From contig CBDFIQ010000001.1 of the NCBI GenBank assembly GCA_965248195.1, forward strand, positions 1,408,001 to 1,472,000: DNA of 64,000 bases. Reading direction: 5' to 3'. Positions 41,818 through 50,977 of the stretch are shown here, piece by piece. Position numbers and translations under genes: made by a program. Under the pieces are notes generated by a model. The model worked only from the letters and a program-made list of their open reading frames with translations. It was not told the DNA's origin and searched no databases. Position 1 is the first letter of the stretch, and each line of letters opens with the position of its first letter. Source of the stretch: Longimicrobiales bacterium (GTDB lineage Bacteria > Gemmatimonadota > Gemmatimonadetes > Longimicrobiales > Gaopeijiaceae).

Positions 41818-43352
41818 GGTGCTCTCGCCCCCTCGGTGCCCGCCGGGGGCGTGGTGGCTGGCGGTGGTACGTCCACTTTCAGCTGGTACGCGCCGGTCTC
41901 ATTCGCGTTGCGGCTGCTGGCCACGATCTCGTAGGTGCCGGCCGTCAGGGCACGCTCGATCCTGGCGTCCAGTCCACCGCTGCCGTCGTCGTCTTCGGCG
42001 AGGATGGTGCCGTCACTGTCCTTCAGCACCAGGAAGGCATCCAATGCGGGGGCGCTCTCGAGATCGATGCGAGCCGTCGTGTCGTTCACAAGCACGAGTT
42101 CCCAGGATTCCTGGAACGCTCCGCCCGGCCGCAGACAGTCGTTGTCGTCCAGCGCACCGTCCACGGTCTGTCCGAAGGCGATCGGTTGTGGGTCGTCGCA
42201 CGCGATCTGGCTCACGGTGAGCAGATAGCTGCCCTCGCCAGGCAAAATGGCAGTCGTCGCAAACAGGGCGTACGAACCCGGGCTGAGGGCTTCTCGAATC
42301 CGTGCGTTCCCGTCACTCATCTCGTCCTCGCCGGCGGCAACGACGATCCCGTTTGCATCCAGCAGAATGACGAACGGTTGGAAGTCGAGGCTCTTGAGGT
42401 GGATGCTGATCACCGCTTCTTCTGTGATGTTGATCACGAAAGAGTCTGCGGGCGCCACGAAAGCGACGAGGCAGTCGCTCGGCGAAATGTCGCCTGCCAC
42501 GGTTTCGCCGAGTACGAAGTCCGTACCGGGTGTGCACGCCGGAAGCTCGTCCACCGTCAGGTCGTACGCGCCGCGGCCGGTATCCAACGGAGCCGTGGCC
42601 ACAATGGTCCACTCTCCGGCCTCCAGCTCGGTGTCGAGGCGGGCGTGACCTGTAGGGCCTACAACGGCGAGATCGATGATGTTGCCCTCTTGATTTTGCA
42701 CCAGGACGACTTCGTCGAAGTCGCTGCTCTCGAGGTCGATCCGGAGCTTCAGGGTATTGGCGAGGCTCAGCGACCAGTTGTCCACCTGGCCAGTAATTTC
42801 CCCCACACAGTCGTCGTCGGCCAGTCCTCCCGTCACGGTTTGTCCCAGCTGCAGGGCTCCGACCGGCGAGCAATCCGGGCCATCGGTCACGCTGAGCCGG
42901 TAGGCGCCCGCTTGCCCCACTTCGAGCGTGCGCGCGAGGATGATGTACGAGCCAGCTTGCAGCGTCCGGATGAGTCGAGCGTCGAAACTGCCAGCCGCGT
43001 TGTCGTTTAGAGCGATTACATTGCCGACGTTGTCTCGGAGCTCCAGGAACGCGTCGAAAGTGTTACTGGTGAGGTCGATGCGCACGTCGGTCTGGCCGGC
43101 CAGGCTCAGGCTCCATCGGTCTCCAAAGGCGCCGTCGGACAGTACGCAGTCGGTGGCGTCCAGTTGACCAGGGCGCGACTGACCCAATGAGATCGAGGAT
43201 GTCGCTTGACACGGATCGTCTGCGTCGACGTCCGTGGGATCGTCGCCTCCGCCGCACGCGGCGACGCCTAGGCACAGGAGACCGTAGAGGAAGAGCTCGA
43301 ATGAGCTCCGTGACTCCTTCGTGCGCCAGCGTGGCAGTGTGTGAATCTTCAT
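41814..43352 (-). CDS. Lipoprotein with four tandem PPC (pre-peptidase C-terminal)-like domains
   Basis: Lipobox VAAC; four repeats of GQTV.G.L...DC / IDL.S..FD..L.L.D / G.Y.L.V. Confidence 0.8.
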   Translation of the reverse strand: MKIHTLPRWRTKESRSSFELFLYGLLCLGVAACGGGDDPTDVDADDPCQATSSISLGQSRPGQLDATDCVLSDGAFGDRWSLSLAGQTDVRIDLTSNTFDAFLELRDNVGNVIALNDNAAGSFDARLIRTLQAGSYIILARTLEVGQAGAYRLSVTDGPDCSPVGALQLGQTVTGGLADDDCVGEITGQVDNWSLSLANTLKLRIDLESSDFDEVVLVQNQEGNIIDLAVVGPTGHARLDTELEAGEWTIVATAPLDTGRGAYDLTVDELPACTPGTDFVLGETVAGDISPSDCLVAFVAPADSFVINITEEAVISIHLKSLDFQPFVILLDANGIVVAAGEDEMSDGNARIREALSPGSYALFATTAILPGEGSYLLTVSQIACDDPQPIAFGQTVDGALDDNDCLRPGGAFQESWELVLVNDTTARIDLESAPALDAFLVLKDSDGTILAEDDDGSGGLDARIERALTAGTYEIVASSRNANETGAYQLKVDVPPPATTPPAGTEGARAP

Positions 43353-43505
43353 CGTCCGCGACGGTATGAGTGTCGAAGGGCAAGATACGTTCAAGCGGAT
43401 TCCAATCTCATACGTCAGATGACTTAGCGATAGCCTCAGCTGCGGCGCCTCCGTTCACATCTTTGCGCCTCCTGAACGAGGAGACGGCCACCTCGAACGA
43501 TGAGT

Positions 43506-45149
43506 TCAGTCGGTGTGCACCCGTTCGAAGCGCATGTCATATACCCGCCCGAGGCTCAGGCTGAGCGCAACGACCCTGCCACTGCTGTCCCGACGGAAAC
43601 GGTAGATGTACCCCCCCGCCCTGAAGCCGTCCGCATAGATCGGCGTCAGAGTCCTGGTGACGTTCGGTCGCTGCCATACGGTGAGCCTAGCGTCCTCGAC
43701 TCGCACCACGAAGGTTGTCTCCGCGTCGGAGCTGTGATACTCCCCCTCGTAAGAGCGCAGCTCGGCTAAAGAAGGTTCCACGGGCTCGACCGGCTCGTAT
43801 CGGTGTTCAGTGTACTCCCACGACTCCACGTGAATCGTCGGGCGGCCGCCTCCCCTGGTCTCGAACACAAAGCGCCGTGAACTCGGACCGGCCTGGAATT
43901 CTTCGGCGGAAAGCGGAAGGAGAGGAGTTCGGCCGTCTACCCGGAGCCCGTCTTCGACCAAGTCGACCCTCATGGGGCTGCCCGTAACCGGTTCGCGATA
44001 GAGGCCGGTCAGCGCGAGGAGCTTGTCCCGGGGCACGGCGACTCCCGCGGATTCGACGGGATCCGAAACCTCCCCGAGAAACACGCGGGCGATGCGGGCG
44101 CCAGTGCCCCCTGTCGGGACGTTGGTTATGTTGCAAAGCATGGCCACGGCGAGCCCCTGATCACGGTATCGTGCGGTGAAGGCACGATAACCCGCCGTAG
44201 ATCCCGTGTGAGAGATCGCCGGTACTCCGGCATGTTCGGCGATTCTCAGACCCGCGGCGTAGACGATCTCGCTTCCGTCGTTGAGCCGCCCCGTTGCGTG
44301 CATCAGCGCCACGAACTCGGGTCCGCCCAGTCGCCCGGTGGTGAGCGCCTGATTCCAGGTCAGCAGGTCTCCCACGGTCGTGAGGATTCCACCGTTTCCG
44401 TGCACGTGCTCGATCGGACGATTGATCGCGAAAGTCGAGTCCGGCAAGGCGGTATACGCCGCGCTTCGGCCTTTTATTATGCGCCGATAGTCGTCGCGCC
44501 ACTGCGTGTGCTCCAGCCCGAGCGGCTCGAAAATTCGCTTCTTCGAAAACTCGGCGAACGACATCCCGCTCACACGTCCCACGATGATCGCCAGCAGATT
44601 GTAGCCCGTATTGCTGTATGAGTATTCGTGTCCCGGTTCAAAATTGAGCGCACTTTGGCGACTCACGATGTCGATCACATCGGAGTGGTCGTGGCTGCGT
44701 TCCCCTCGGCCCCACCCGGAGATCTGGGCCACGCTACCCCAATCCCGGAGCCCACTGGTGTGGGTCATCATATGCCTGAGGGTGACCTTGGTGCCGTAGT
44801 CGGGCACTTCGGGCACGTAGTCGCGCACGTCGTCGTCGAGAGAGAGCTTTCCGTCCATCACCAGAAGCATGATCGCGGCCGCGGTGAACTGCTTCGACAG
44901 TGAGCCTCCCTCGAAGATCGTCTCGGCGCTGTTGCGAACATCGTGCTCCAGATCGGCCATCCCGTAACCGCGAGAAAAAATCGTGAGACCATCCTTGGAC
45001 ACGGCGACGGCGCAGCCCGGCGAGCTCACCGAGCTCCAGGGCGTGAAGATCCGATCGACCTGAAGGCCGGCATCCGGCGGCACCTGAGCGCAGAGAACAA
45101 GGGGAAAGCCGGCCACGACCGAGATGACCACGGTCGCTGTTCGGAGCAT
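43506..45149 (-). CDS. Serine hydrolase (beta-lactamase class C-like)
   Basis: SLSK, YSNTGY and HTGS motifs. Confidence 0.9.
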   Translation of the reverse strand: MLRTATVVISVVAGFPLVLCAQVPPDAGLQVDRIFTPWSSVSSPGCAVAVSKDGLTIFSRGYGMADLEHDVRNSAETIFEGGSLSKQFTAAAIMLLVMDGKLSLDDDVRDYVPEVPDYGTKVTLRHMMTHTSGLRDWGSVAQISGWGRGERSHDHSDVIDIVSRQSALNFEPGHEYSYSNTGYNLLAIIVGRVSGMSFAEFSKKRIFEPLGLEHTQWRDDYRRIIKGRSAAYTALPDSTFAINRPIEHVHGNGGILTTVGDLLTWNQALTTGRLGGPEFVALMHATGRLNDGSEIVYAAGLRIAEHAGVPAISHTGSTAGYRAFTARYRDQGLAVAMLCNITNVPTGGTGARIARVFLGEVSDPVESAGVAVPRDKLLALTGLYREPVTGSPMRVDLVEDGLRVDGRTPLLPLSAEEFQAGPSSRRFVFETRGGGRPTIHVESWEYTEHRYEPVEPVEPSLAELRSYEGEYHSSDAETTFVVRVEDARLTVWQRPNVTRTLTPIYADGFRAGGYIYRFRRDSSGRVVALSLSLGRVYDMRFERVHTD

Positions 45150-45374
45150 GTTCACGGTTCCCCATCCTTCGTCGAAGGCGAAGCTCAAAGCCAGACCAAA
45201 AGCCCTTTTACGCACGCACGCGGATAACATGAGCGCCAGGACCGGGCGCGTCAACATACACAAAGCCGGGACCCAAGACTGGAGGTCATCCCGTTTCGCT
45301 ATCCTCCGAGCCGTTCCTTCACTACTCTCACCGTCGGCTTCTTTCCGTCTACCTGGCAAAAAGAGGGGACGACC

Positions 45375-46160
45375 ATGACAGTCCGTATTCCTTCACTCGG
45401 CGTGGCGACGCTTTTGGCCCTCGGGGCGTTCGCGGTGGTCGTGCAACAAGCTCTTGGCCAGACGCTGGTGGAATCCAGCGCCGAAGCGCGGTTTCAACTG
45501 GACCTCCAGGTGCCGCAGGCGGCGCTCATGAGCTTCATCCCTCCGGGCTGGACGACCAACGTGTCGACCCGGGGACCGGCCAAGGACGCGAACCTGCGCG
45601 CGATCTTCATCGAGCGCTTGACCATCAACGGACCTGAGGGGCGTCCCGTGGGGGACGGCTCGAACCTTCTAGTCTATCTCACCGTCCCTGTGACCAATCC
45701 GGAGGGAGACAACGTCCAGCTCGTCATCGGTGGAATTACGGAAGACCCGGCCGACGCGCCTGGGCCGTTCGGTGTCTATCTGGCGGCCACCACGCATACT
45801 TTGCAACGCACCACGACCAGCGGATCGGGCCCCATCATCGAAACGCAGGATTGGGTCTTCGCCGCGGCAACGGGTGAGCACTTGGAGATGCACATCACCT
45901 TCGAGCGGGGTGTGGGCACCAGGCGCCCTGCCAGGGACACGCGATTCTACTCTGCGAAGGATCCGAGCTTCTTTCAGATCTCCAGGCAGCAGCAAGTCCT
46001 GGACATTTTGCGAAACGTGACGACCACCCCACCCGATCGCGTACGGGAGTGGTCGTTTACGGCCGGGGGCGGCAGCTACTCGGGCCTGTTCGACGGCACC
46101 GAGAAGGAGTTGAGTTGGGACAACATCGTGTGGCTCAATCGGGAAGTGCTGGTGCCGTAG
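45375..46160 (+). CDS. Hypothetical exported protein
   Basis: RBS GAGGGG, signal peptide, 261 aa. Confidence 0.7.
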   Translation: MTVRIPSLGVATLLALGAFAVVVQQALGQTLVESSAEARFQLDLQVPQAALMSFIPPGWTTNVSTRGPAKDANLRAIFIERLTINGPEGRPVGDGSNLLVYLTVPVTNPEGDNVQLVIGGITEDPADAPGPFGVYLAATTHTLQRTTTSGSGPIIETQDWVFAAATGEHLEMHITFERGVGTRRPARDTRFYSAKDPSFFQISRQQQVLDILRNVTTTPPDRVREWSFTAGGGSYSGLFDGTEKELSWDNIVWLNREVLVP

Positions 46161-46335
46161 GGGGGTGTTCCGGGGTCGAGTGGTTCTGGACGACGACGGC
46201 GCGGACTTGGGTCCGATTCAATCCCCTAGCGGTATGCTGATGCCCGCCGCGATCCCGAAGAACTGAGGGTTCTACCACGATCTAGCAAATACAACACTCT
46301 GTGGCCTGGCTTATGGCAAACCGTTGTTTTCGCTG

Positions 46336-47604
46336 TCACCCCTGAATCCTCCTTTCGATGTACTGAACGGCGGCCCGGTAGGTGTCAGGAATAAGGTGGG
46401 CGTAGGTCTCCTCGACGACCTTGGTCGTGTCACCTAGCAGGGTGGCGATCACATTGAGCGGAACGCCGTCCTGTGCCAGCCACGAGGCGTAAGTGTGACG
46501 ACCCGAATGCAGCGTGAGCCCGTCGCCCTCCCTTCCGTACTTGATCCCGGCCAGCTCGAAGGCGTCCTGGGCCCAGCGAGCCGAGGTGCCGGCCGTCACA
46601 GGCTGGTCCCCGCGATGAGGGCTCACAATCAAGTACCGCTCCCCGGCATAGCCTCTGCGGAGGTGGTCTTCGATGATCGTGACGAGGCTCTCGGTGATTG
46701 GAACGTCCCTTTCACCGCGCCGCGTCTTCGGCCTCCAGGGATAGGCATCCTTTCGGGACTGGACGCGGATGAGCGGTTCGGGGCTCTCCAGGAGCACATC
46801 CACGTCGGTGCGCAGATGTAGGATCTCGCCTTGGCGCAGTCCGGCGAGGAACGCAATCGCGATCATCGCCCGGCTGGGGATCCCAAGCATACCGCGGTCC
46901 AGGTCCACCCACTCCGGTGGAGTCAGGAACACAGCCCGTGTGGGCCGGATCTCGGGCATCTCGACGCCCTTCCAGGGGTTGCTACGGATCGCAGGCTGTA
47001 CGTTGCGGCGAGCGAGCAAGTCGGCCTCCTCGTCCATGACCATGCTCCAGAGTGCCCCGCACACGACCTGGCAAGCCCCTTGGCTGGCAGGTGCCCACGG
47101 ACGCCCCGCTGTGCTGGCTTTCGGGCCGTGCAGGTACGCGCGCGCCTCGTCGACCGTCAGCTCTTCCATAGGGAAGTCCGAGCCGACGTCTCTCTCAAGG
47201 TGCCCGAGAACCGTACGATACTTCTTGATGGTGGACCGACTGCGTGTCGCCTCTTTGAGCCTCAGGAACCTCTCGACGGCCGGCCCGAGCCGTGGCGAGT
47301 CGGAGCCCATGCGCCGCAGCTTGGTGGCGTCGCCGTTACGTAGCGCGGCCTGAGCGTCGGTGATGTGCATGTCGCCACGGCGGATCGCCTCGAGCACGTT
47401 CCAGTCGCCACGATCCATGAGCTGAGTCAGGACGGTATGGCGCTCGGTGGCCACATCCTGATCGCCGGTCCTGAGCGAGATCGCCAGGCGGCCGCCCTTG
47501 AACCGCGAGTGCCTACGGTCGAAGTAGGCGCGGCCAGCTCGCCATACGAGGCCCTTGGGGGCACGTGAGCGCTTTCTAGGGCCCACTGCCCACGAGCTCC
47601 TCAC
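46336..47604 (-). CDS. int: Tyrosine recombinase / phage integrase
   Basis: GLRQGE, HSGRH, LLGD and TYAH catalytic motifs. Confidence 0.92.
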   Translation of the reverse strand: MRSSWAVGPRKRSRAPKGLVWRAGRAYFDRRHSRFKGGRLAISLRTGDQDVATERHTVLTQLMDRGDWNVLEAIRRGDMHITDAQAALRNGDATKLRRMGSDSPRLGPAVERFLRLKEATRSRSTIKKYRTVLGHLERDVGSDFPMEELTVDEARAYLHGPKASTAGRPWAPASQGACQVVCGALWSMVMDEEADLLARRNVQPAIRSNPWKGVEMPEIRPTRAVFLTPPEWVDLDRGMLGIPSRAMIAIAFLAGLRQGEILHLRTDVDVLLESPEPLIRVQSRKDAYPWRPKTRRGERDVPITESLVTIIEDHLRRGYAGERYLIVSPHRGDQPVTAGTSARWAQDAFELAGIKYGREGDGLTLHSGRHTYASWLAQDGVPLNVIATLLGDTTKVVEETYAHLIPDTYRAAVQYIERRIQG

Positions 47605-47818
47605 ACTCTTGGACGAAGCGATCGACAGCCTTCGGCGAGATTCGGTAGTGCGCCTTGCCAGAGCGCGACACGTTTAGGACCCCGGGGGGCTTCAGGTGGC
47701 CTTCGTGGATCATCTTGAGTACGAAACCGGCGGACATCCCGCCGATGCGCTCGCCCGCCTGTTCCGTGCTGAGCCAGTTGTACTCCGCATCGTACTGCTC
47801 CAGGGTCTTCGTTCTCAT
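47576..47818 (-). CDS. xis: Excisionase-like HTH protein
   Basis: WLSTEQAGERIG.MS...V..MI..G.L..HYRIS; overlaps the int start. Confidence 0.75.
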   Translation of the reverse strand: MRTKTLEQYDAEYNWLSTEQAGERIGGMSAGFVLKMIHEGHLKPPGVLNVSRSGKAHYRISPKAVDRFVQECEELVGSGP

Positions 47819-47819
47819 C

Positions 47820-48120
47820 TCACCACGCTGCTTTCAGTAGCCCAAGGAGCCGGGCGCACGCCCCTTCGTCCGGGCTCTGGTGCGATCCATTTTCCAGCCT
47901 CAAGCGCCCCAACTCCCCCGCGCTCCGCCAGAACCACGGTTCGTTACGTGTCTCTCTCATCATTACACTCCTTTGTGTACAGTTCGCCCCCACCCGCGAG
48001 CCCGAGCCGCCGCGTCCGGCAGAAGTCGGAGTTCGTGAGGCAGGTTCATCAGAACTCGAGCCCCGCCAACCTGGGCGTGTGAACCTTCCATCCCCAGAAC
48101 GTTTCAATCAGTTCAGCCAC
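47820..48120 (-). other. Chain of three translationally coupled micro-ORFs (48049-48120, 47963-48049, 47820-47963)
   Basis: TGATG and TAATG overlaps; the last has an AAGGAG RBS. Confidence 0.4.
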
Positions 48121-48123
48121 AGC

Positions 48124-48588
48124 TCAGGCCGCCTCGTCGTGGTCGAACATGTCGACCTGCTGGCGCTGCCCGTTGACGAACTTCTCGGCGGCCTCCTCGA
48201 TCGCATGGATCCGGTCGAACTGTACGGACGTGACATGCCCCTCTCCGGGATCGCCTTCTTCGGTGCGCTCACGAAGGTGCGGTGTGTTCAGGACCAGTGA
48301 TCCGCAGCCGAGCGCCTTGACTGCGGTGATCACGAGTCCGATGCGACCGTCGTCGGCCTCGCGGTTGATCGCGAGCTTCGTGACCTCGAGTCCTTCCGTG
48401 TACTTCTTCGGCAACTCCAACAAACAGAGCACGTCGTCCTTAAACGCATCGAGCGCCTCGATGAATTCGGAGAGCGGCTCGTCCTCGGATGTGAGCGTGG
48501 CCTGAGCGATGTCGTTCTGGCCGTGGCTCGTGAGCTCCCAACTGAGATGAACCTTCCCGTTGTGCCGCTTGATCGTGCTGAACTGCAT
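48124..48588 (-). CDS. Hypothetical phage protein
   Basis: ATG after AGGAGGAG; LVLNTPH; C-terminal RQQVDMF. Confidence 0.75.
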   Translation of the reverse strand: MQFSTIKRHNGKVHLSWELTSHGQNDIAQATLTSEDEPLSEFIEALDAFKDDVLCLLELPKKYTEGLEVTKLAINREADDGRIGLVITAVKALGCGSLVLNTPHLRERTEEGDPGEGHVTSVQFDRIHAIEEAAEKFVNGQRQQVDMFDHDEAA

Positions 48589-48598
48589 GGCGCTCCTC

Positions 48599-48985
48599 CT
48601 ACTGGAGTGAGAGCGTGGTCTGCCGAGCCGGGATCGGCTCAAGCACGAGATCCGCGCCTTGGTTGCCGCGAGCGATGACCTGCTTCGGCAGGCCCGTGTA
48701 TTCGAAGTGCTTCTCCTTGTCGTCGATGATGTAGCCGCGCTTCGTGAGCCAGTCCTCGATCCACTTCATGCGGTTGAGCGCGTTGCCCTGGTCCATGCGG
48801 TTGTGGAGCCGGAGGGTCAACGTCGCCATAGCCTTATAGAACGGCTCGGGTGGTGGGGGCGGGAGTTTGCCGACGAGCTGCAGGCGGTCCAGGGTTTCCC
48901 AGTACCGCTTCTTGGCGAAGTGGTGCTTGCGCCAGTGGCCGCGGGCGTTGGCGCGGTTGGGGGGGAGTGGGAAGACGAATTTCAT
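48599..48985 (-). CDS. RusA-like Holliday junction resolvase/endonuclease
   Basis: PLPPNRAN..HW, D.GN....K.IED.L...GYIIDD. Confidence 0.7.
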   Translation of the reverse strand: MKFVFPLPPNRANARGHWRKHHFAKKRYWETLDRLQLVGKLPPPPPEPFYKAMATLTLRLHNRMDQGNALNRMKWIEDWLTKRGYIIDDKEKHFEYTGLPKQVIARGNQGADLVLEPIPARQTTLSLQ

Positions 48986-49098
48986 GAGCCGTGCCCCTTA
49001 CGGTGGGCCTCGGCCACATCCCCGCGTACGGGCATGAGTACGAGCCCGATACCCACGAAGGAGATCCAGCCGAACAAGACGCCGAGAGCGGAGCTCAC
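48982..49098 (-). CDS. Small membrane protein (38 aa)
   Basis: GTGA and ATGA overlaps on both sides; one TM helix. Confidence 0.5.
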   Translation of the reverse strand: MSSALGVLFGWISFVGIGLVLMPVRGDVAEAHRKGHGS

Positions 49099-49472
49099 GC
49101 CCCCACCTCCTCCGCGACCGTCTCACGTGCCGCGCTGACGTCCTCAGCGAGTTTCAGGTCGACGCTCTCAGTGATTGGGGCCTTGCCGTTGCCGAGCCCC
49201 CTTCGCTCTACGGCATCACGCTCCTCGTCCATCTCATCGAGCATCTTCTCCAACTGATTCCGCCACGGAACGCAGGACGCGGAAACGCCATCGAAAGACC
49301 CCTTCGAAGCCGTCTCTACGGCGCAGATGATCGCCCAACCCTTGGTCAAGAATTCGACCGCGTTGGTCAGATCCTTTTGGACAGCCTCGACCGTTTGGAC
49401 AGCCTCGACCGTCTTCTCAATCTGGGGTCCGGTGAATGTCTCAACTTCAGGTTTGATCCGCGTCTTAGCCAT
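49095..49472 (-). CDS. Hypothetical phage protein with an in-frame 18-bp tandem duplication (49377-49412)
   Basis: RBS GAGGGGG; TVEAVQ repeated twice. Confidence 0.65.
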   Translation of the reverse strand: MAKTRIKPEVETFTGPQIEKTVEAVQTVEAVQKDLTNAVEFLTKGWAIICAVETASKGSFDGVSASCVPWRNQLEKMLDEMDEERDAVERRGLGNGKAPITESVDLKLAEDVSAARETVAEEVGA

Positions 49473-49489
49473 CAGTCCCCCTCAGAATG

Positions 49490-49591
49490 TCATCCATTTC
49501 GTGAGATCCCCTTCTTGAGCCGGTACGCAAACGCGGCGAGAAAAATGGCGCCGAGCCCTAGCGCGCCACCCAGGAATTTCAGGTAGGGCAT
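49490..49591 (-). CDS. Small membrane protein (33 aa)
   Basis: MPYLKFLGGALGLGAIFLAAFAYRLKKGISRNG; GAGG RBS. Confidence 0.45.
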   Translation of the reverse strand: MPYLKFLGGALGLGAIFLAAFAYRLKKGISRNG

Positions 49592-49824
49592 TCAGCTTCC
49601 TCGTGGGTCAGGGGGCGGATACAGGTCGAGTACCTTGAGCAGCGTACCCAACCCGGTGGGCAGCTCCCGCTTTCCAGCCTGGAACCGCACAGTGCCCGTT
49701 GTTGCGTACAGGTCGGCCCACAGGGATGCATCGTTGGCCCACAACCACTTCCTCCACGTCTTCAGCCTCAGCAGTCGGTCGTCGGACGCCCACGTGTCTG
49801 AGGATTCGACTGGCTGTAGCTGAA

Positions 49825-49896
49825 TAGCGGGGGGCGGACTCGAACCGCCGACCTTCGGGTTATGGGCCCGACGAGCTGCCGCTGCTCTACCCCGCA
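49825..49896 (-). tRNA. Initiator-type tRNA-Met (CAT), CCA not encoded
   Basis: TGCGGGG-TA-GAGC-AGCGGCA-GCTC-G-TCGGG-CCCATAA-CCCGA-AGGTC-GGCGG-TTCGAGT-CCGCC-CCCCGCT-A; 1:72 mismatch, A11:U24 and three G:C pairs in the anticodon stem. Confidence 0.92.
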
Positions 49897-49909
49897 TATA
49901 TTTCACCGC

Positions 49910-50977
49910 TTAGGCCCCGATGGCCTTCTTCTGAAGGTCCTTGATTGCGGCACGGACGCCGGGGCCGTCCTCGTCCTTTATCAGCTGCTCGAAGCTATCG
50001 GCGTCCTCGAACTCGACGTCGTACTTGTCCATGAGGTCGCGGAGCTTCTCGATATCGCCAGATGTAGCGGGCCCGCCGTCGTCGCCCTTGTCCACGGGGT
50101 CGGCTTGCGCCTCTCTCTTTGTTGCCAACTCACCGTCAAGGGCTGCCGCTCCGTCGGTGGGTGAGCCGCCAGGCATCGCGAAGTGTTCCTCGCGCCTGGA
50201 ATGACCGTCGTTGACGGACGTGTAGACGCCCCGGAGCTTGACGATCTCCTCATCGGTGACGATGTCGAGCGAGTGACCGAGGTACGCCTGGATCATCTCA
50301 GTCGTCACGCCGAGATCCGCGAACGCCAGCGAGAGCCGACGCGCTGCCTCCTCGCCAGTCTGGCCTTCGATCTCACCCTTGGCTGCGCGGATCATCGTGT
50401 CCTTCGCGACCCGCACCGCTTCGTCGACTATGTCGGGCGGCATGACCTGCAGGACCGAATTCCGCACACAGATGGCGCCCCGCTTGTTGATCAACTCACG
50501 GAGGTCCCGCTCGTCGGGCACCACCCAACCCCGGTTCTTGCGTTGGATGAGCTTCCTGAACTTGTCCTCATTCTCGACGTACGCGTTCGTCTCCAGGTCG
50601 AGTGCCCAGCCCTTGACGTGAACGTAGTAGTCGTCGATCGAGACGATCCGAAGCCCGTGCCTGATGTTGCCCCAGCAGCGCGCCAGTTCCCGCGCCATCT
50701 TGACGCTAGGGCCCTCGATCGCCTTGCCCCCGCGTTCGAAGGTGTAGAAGCCGCCTTCGGCGAACGACGGCCGCTGCGCGCTCTTGATGATCTTCGTGTG
50801 GGCAGCGAATTCGTCCCGGGGGAAGTTCTTCGCTACTACGATGGCCGCTTTGATTTCAGACTCCTCCCGTGCGACCGTGGCGACGGCGCCAGCCTCACTT
50901 TCGACCATGCTATTCGGTCCGGATTCGAACCCGACCGCAGCGTCTTGCCTGGTGACTACTTCCGTTCCTCCACTCAT
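49910..50977 (-). CDS. Phage protein, putative single-strand annealing/recombination protein
   Basis: FPRDE, YTFERGGK.IEGPSV.MARELARCWGNI; ATGA-coupled to the exonuclease; function inferred from position. Confidence 0.55.
   Translation of the reverse strand: MSGGTEVVTRQDAAVGFESGPNSMVESEAGAVATVAREESEIKAAIVVAKNFPRDEFAAHTKIIKSAQRPSFAEGGFYTFERGGKAIEGPSVKMARELARCWGNIRHGLRIVSIDDYYVHVKGWALDLETNAYVENEDKFRKLIQRKNRGWVVPDERDLRELINKRGAICVRNSVLQVMPPDIVDEAVRVAKDTMIRAAKGEIEGQTGEEAARRLSLAFADLGVTTEMIQAYLGHSLDIVTDEEIVKLRGVYTSVNDGHSRREEHFAMPGGSPTDGAAALDGELATKREAQADPVDKGDDGGPATSGDIEKLRDLMDKYDVEFEDADSFEQLIKDEDGPGVRAAIKDLQKKAIGA

Noticed and set aside
46310..46320. cttatggcaaa shared with the cro promoter (54898-54908)
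   Set aside because: An 11-bp match can occur by chance in 64 kb and it lacks the other operator half-site
46160..46335. attL or tRNA/tmRNA integration site
   Set aside because: No tRNA-like sequence or partner repeat within the window; the position is only expected from the integrase location
49592..49906. 104-aa ORF spanning the tRNA
   Set aside because: Its 5' part is the translated tRNA sequence; at most the 3' part is coding and it has no clear start
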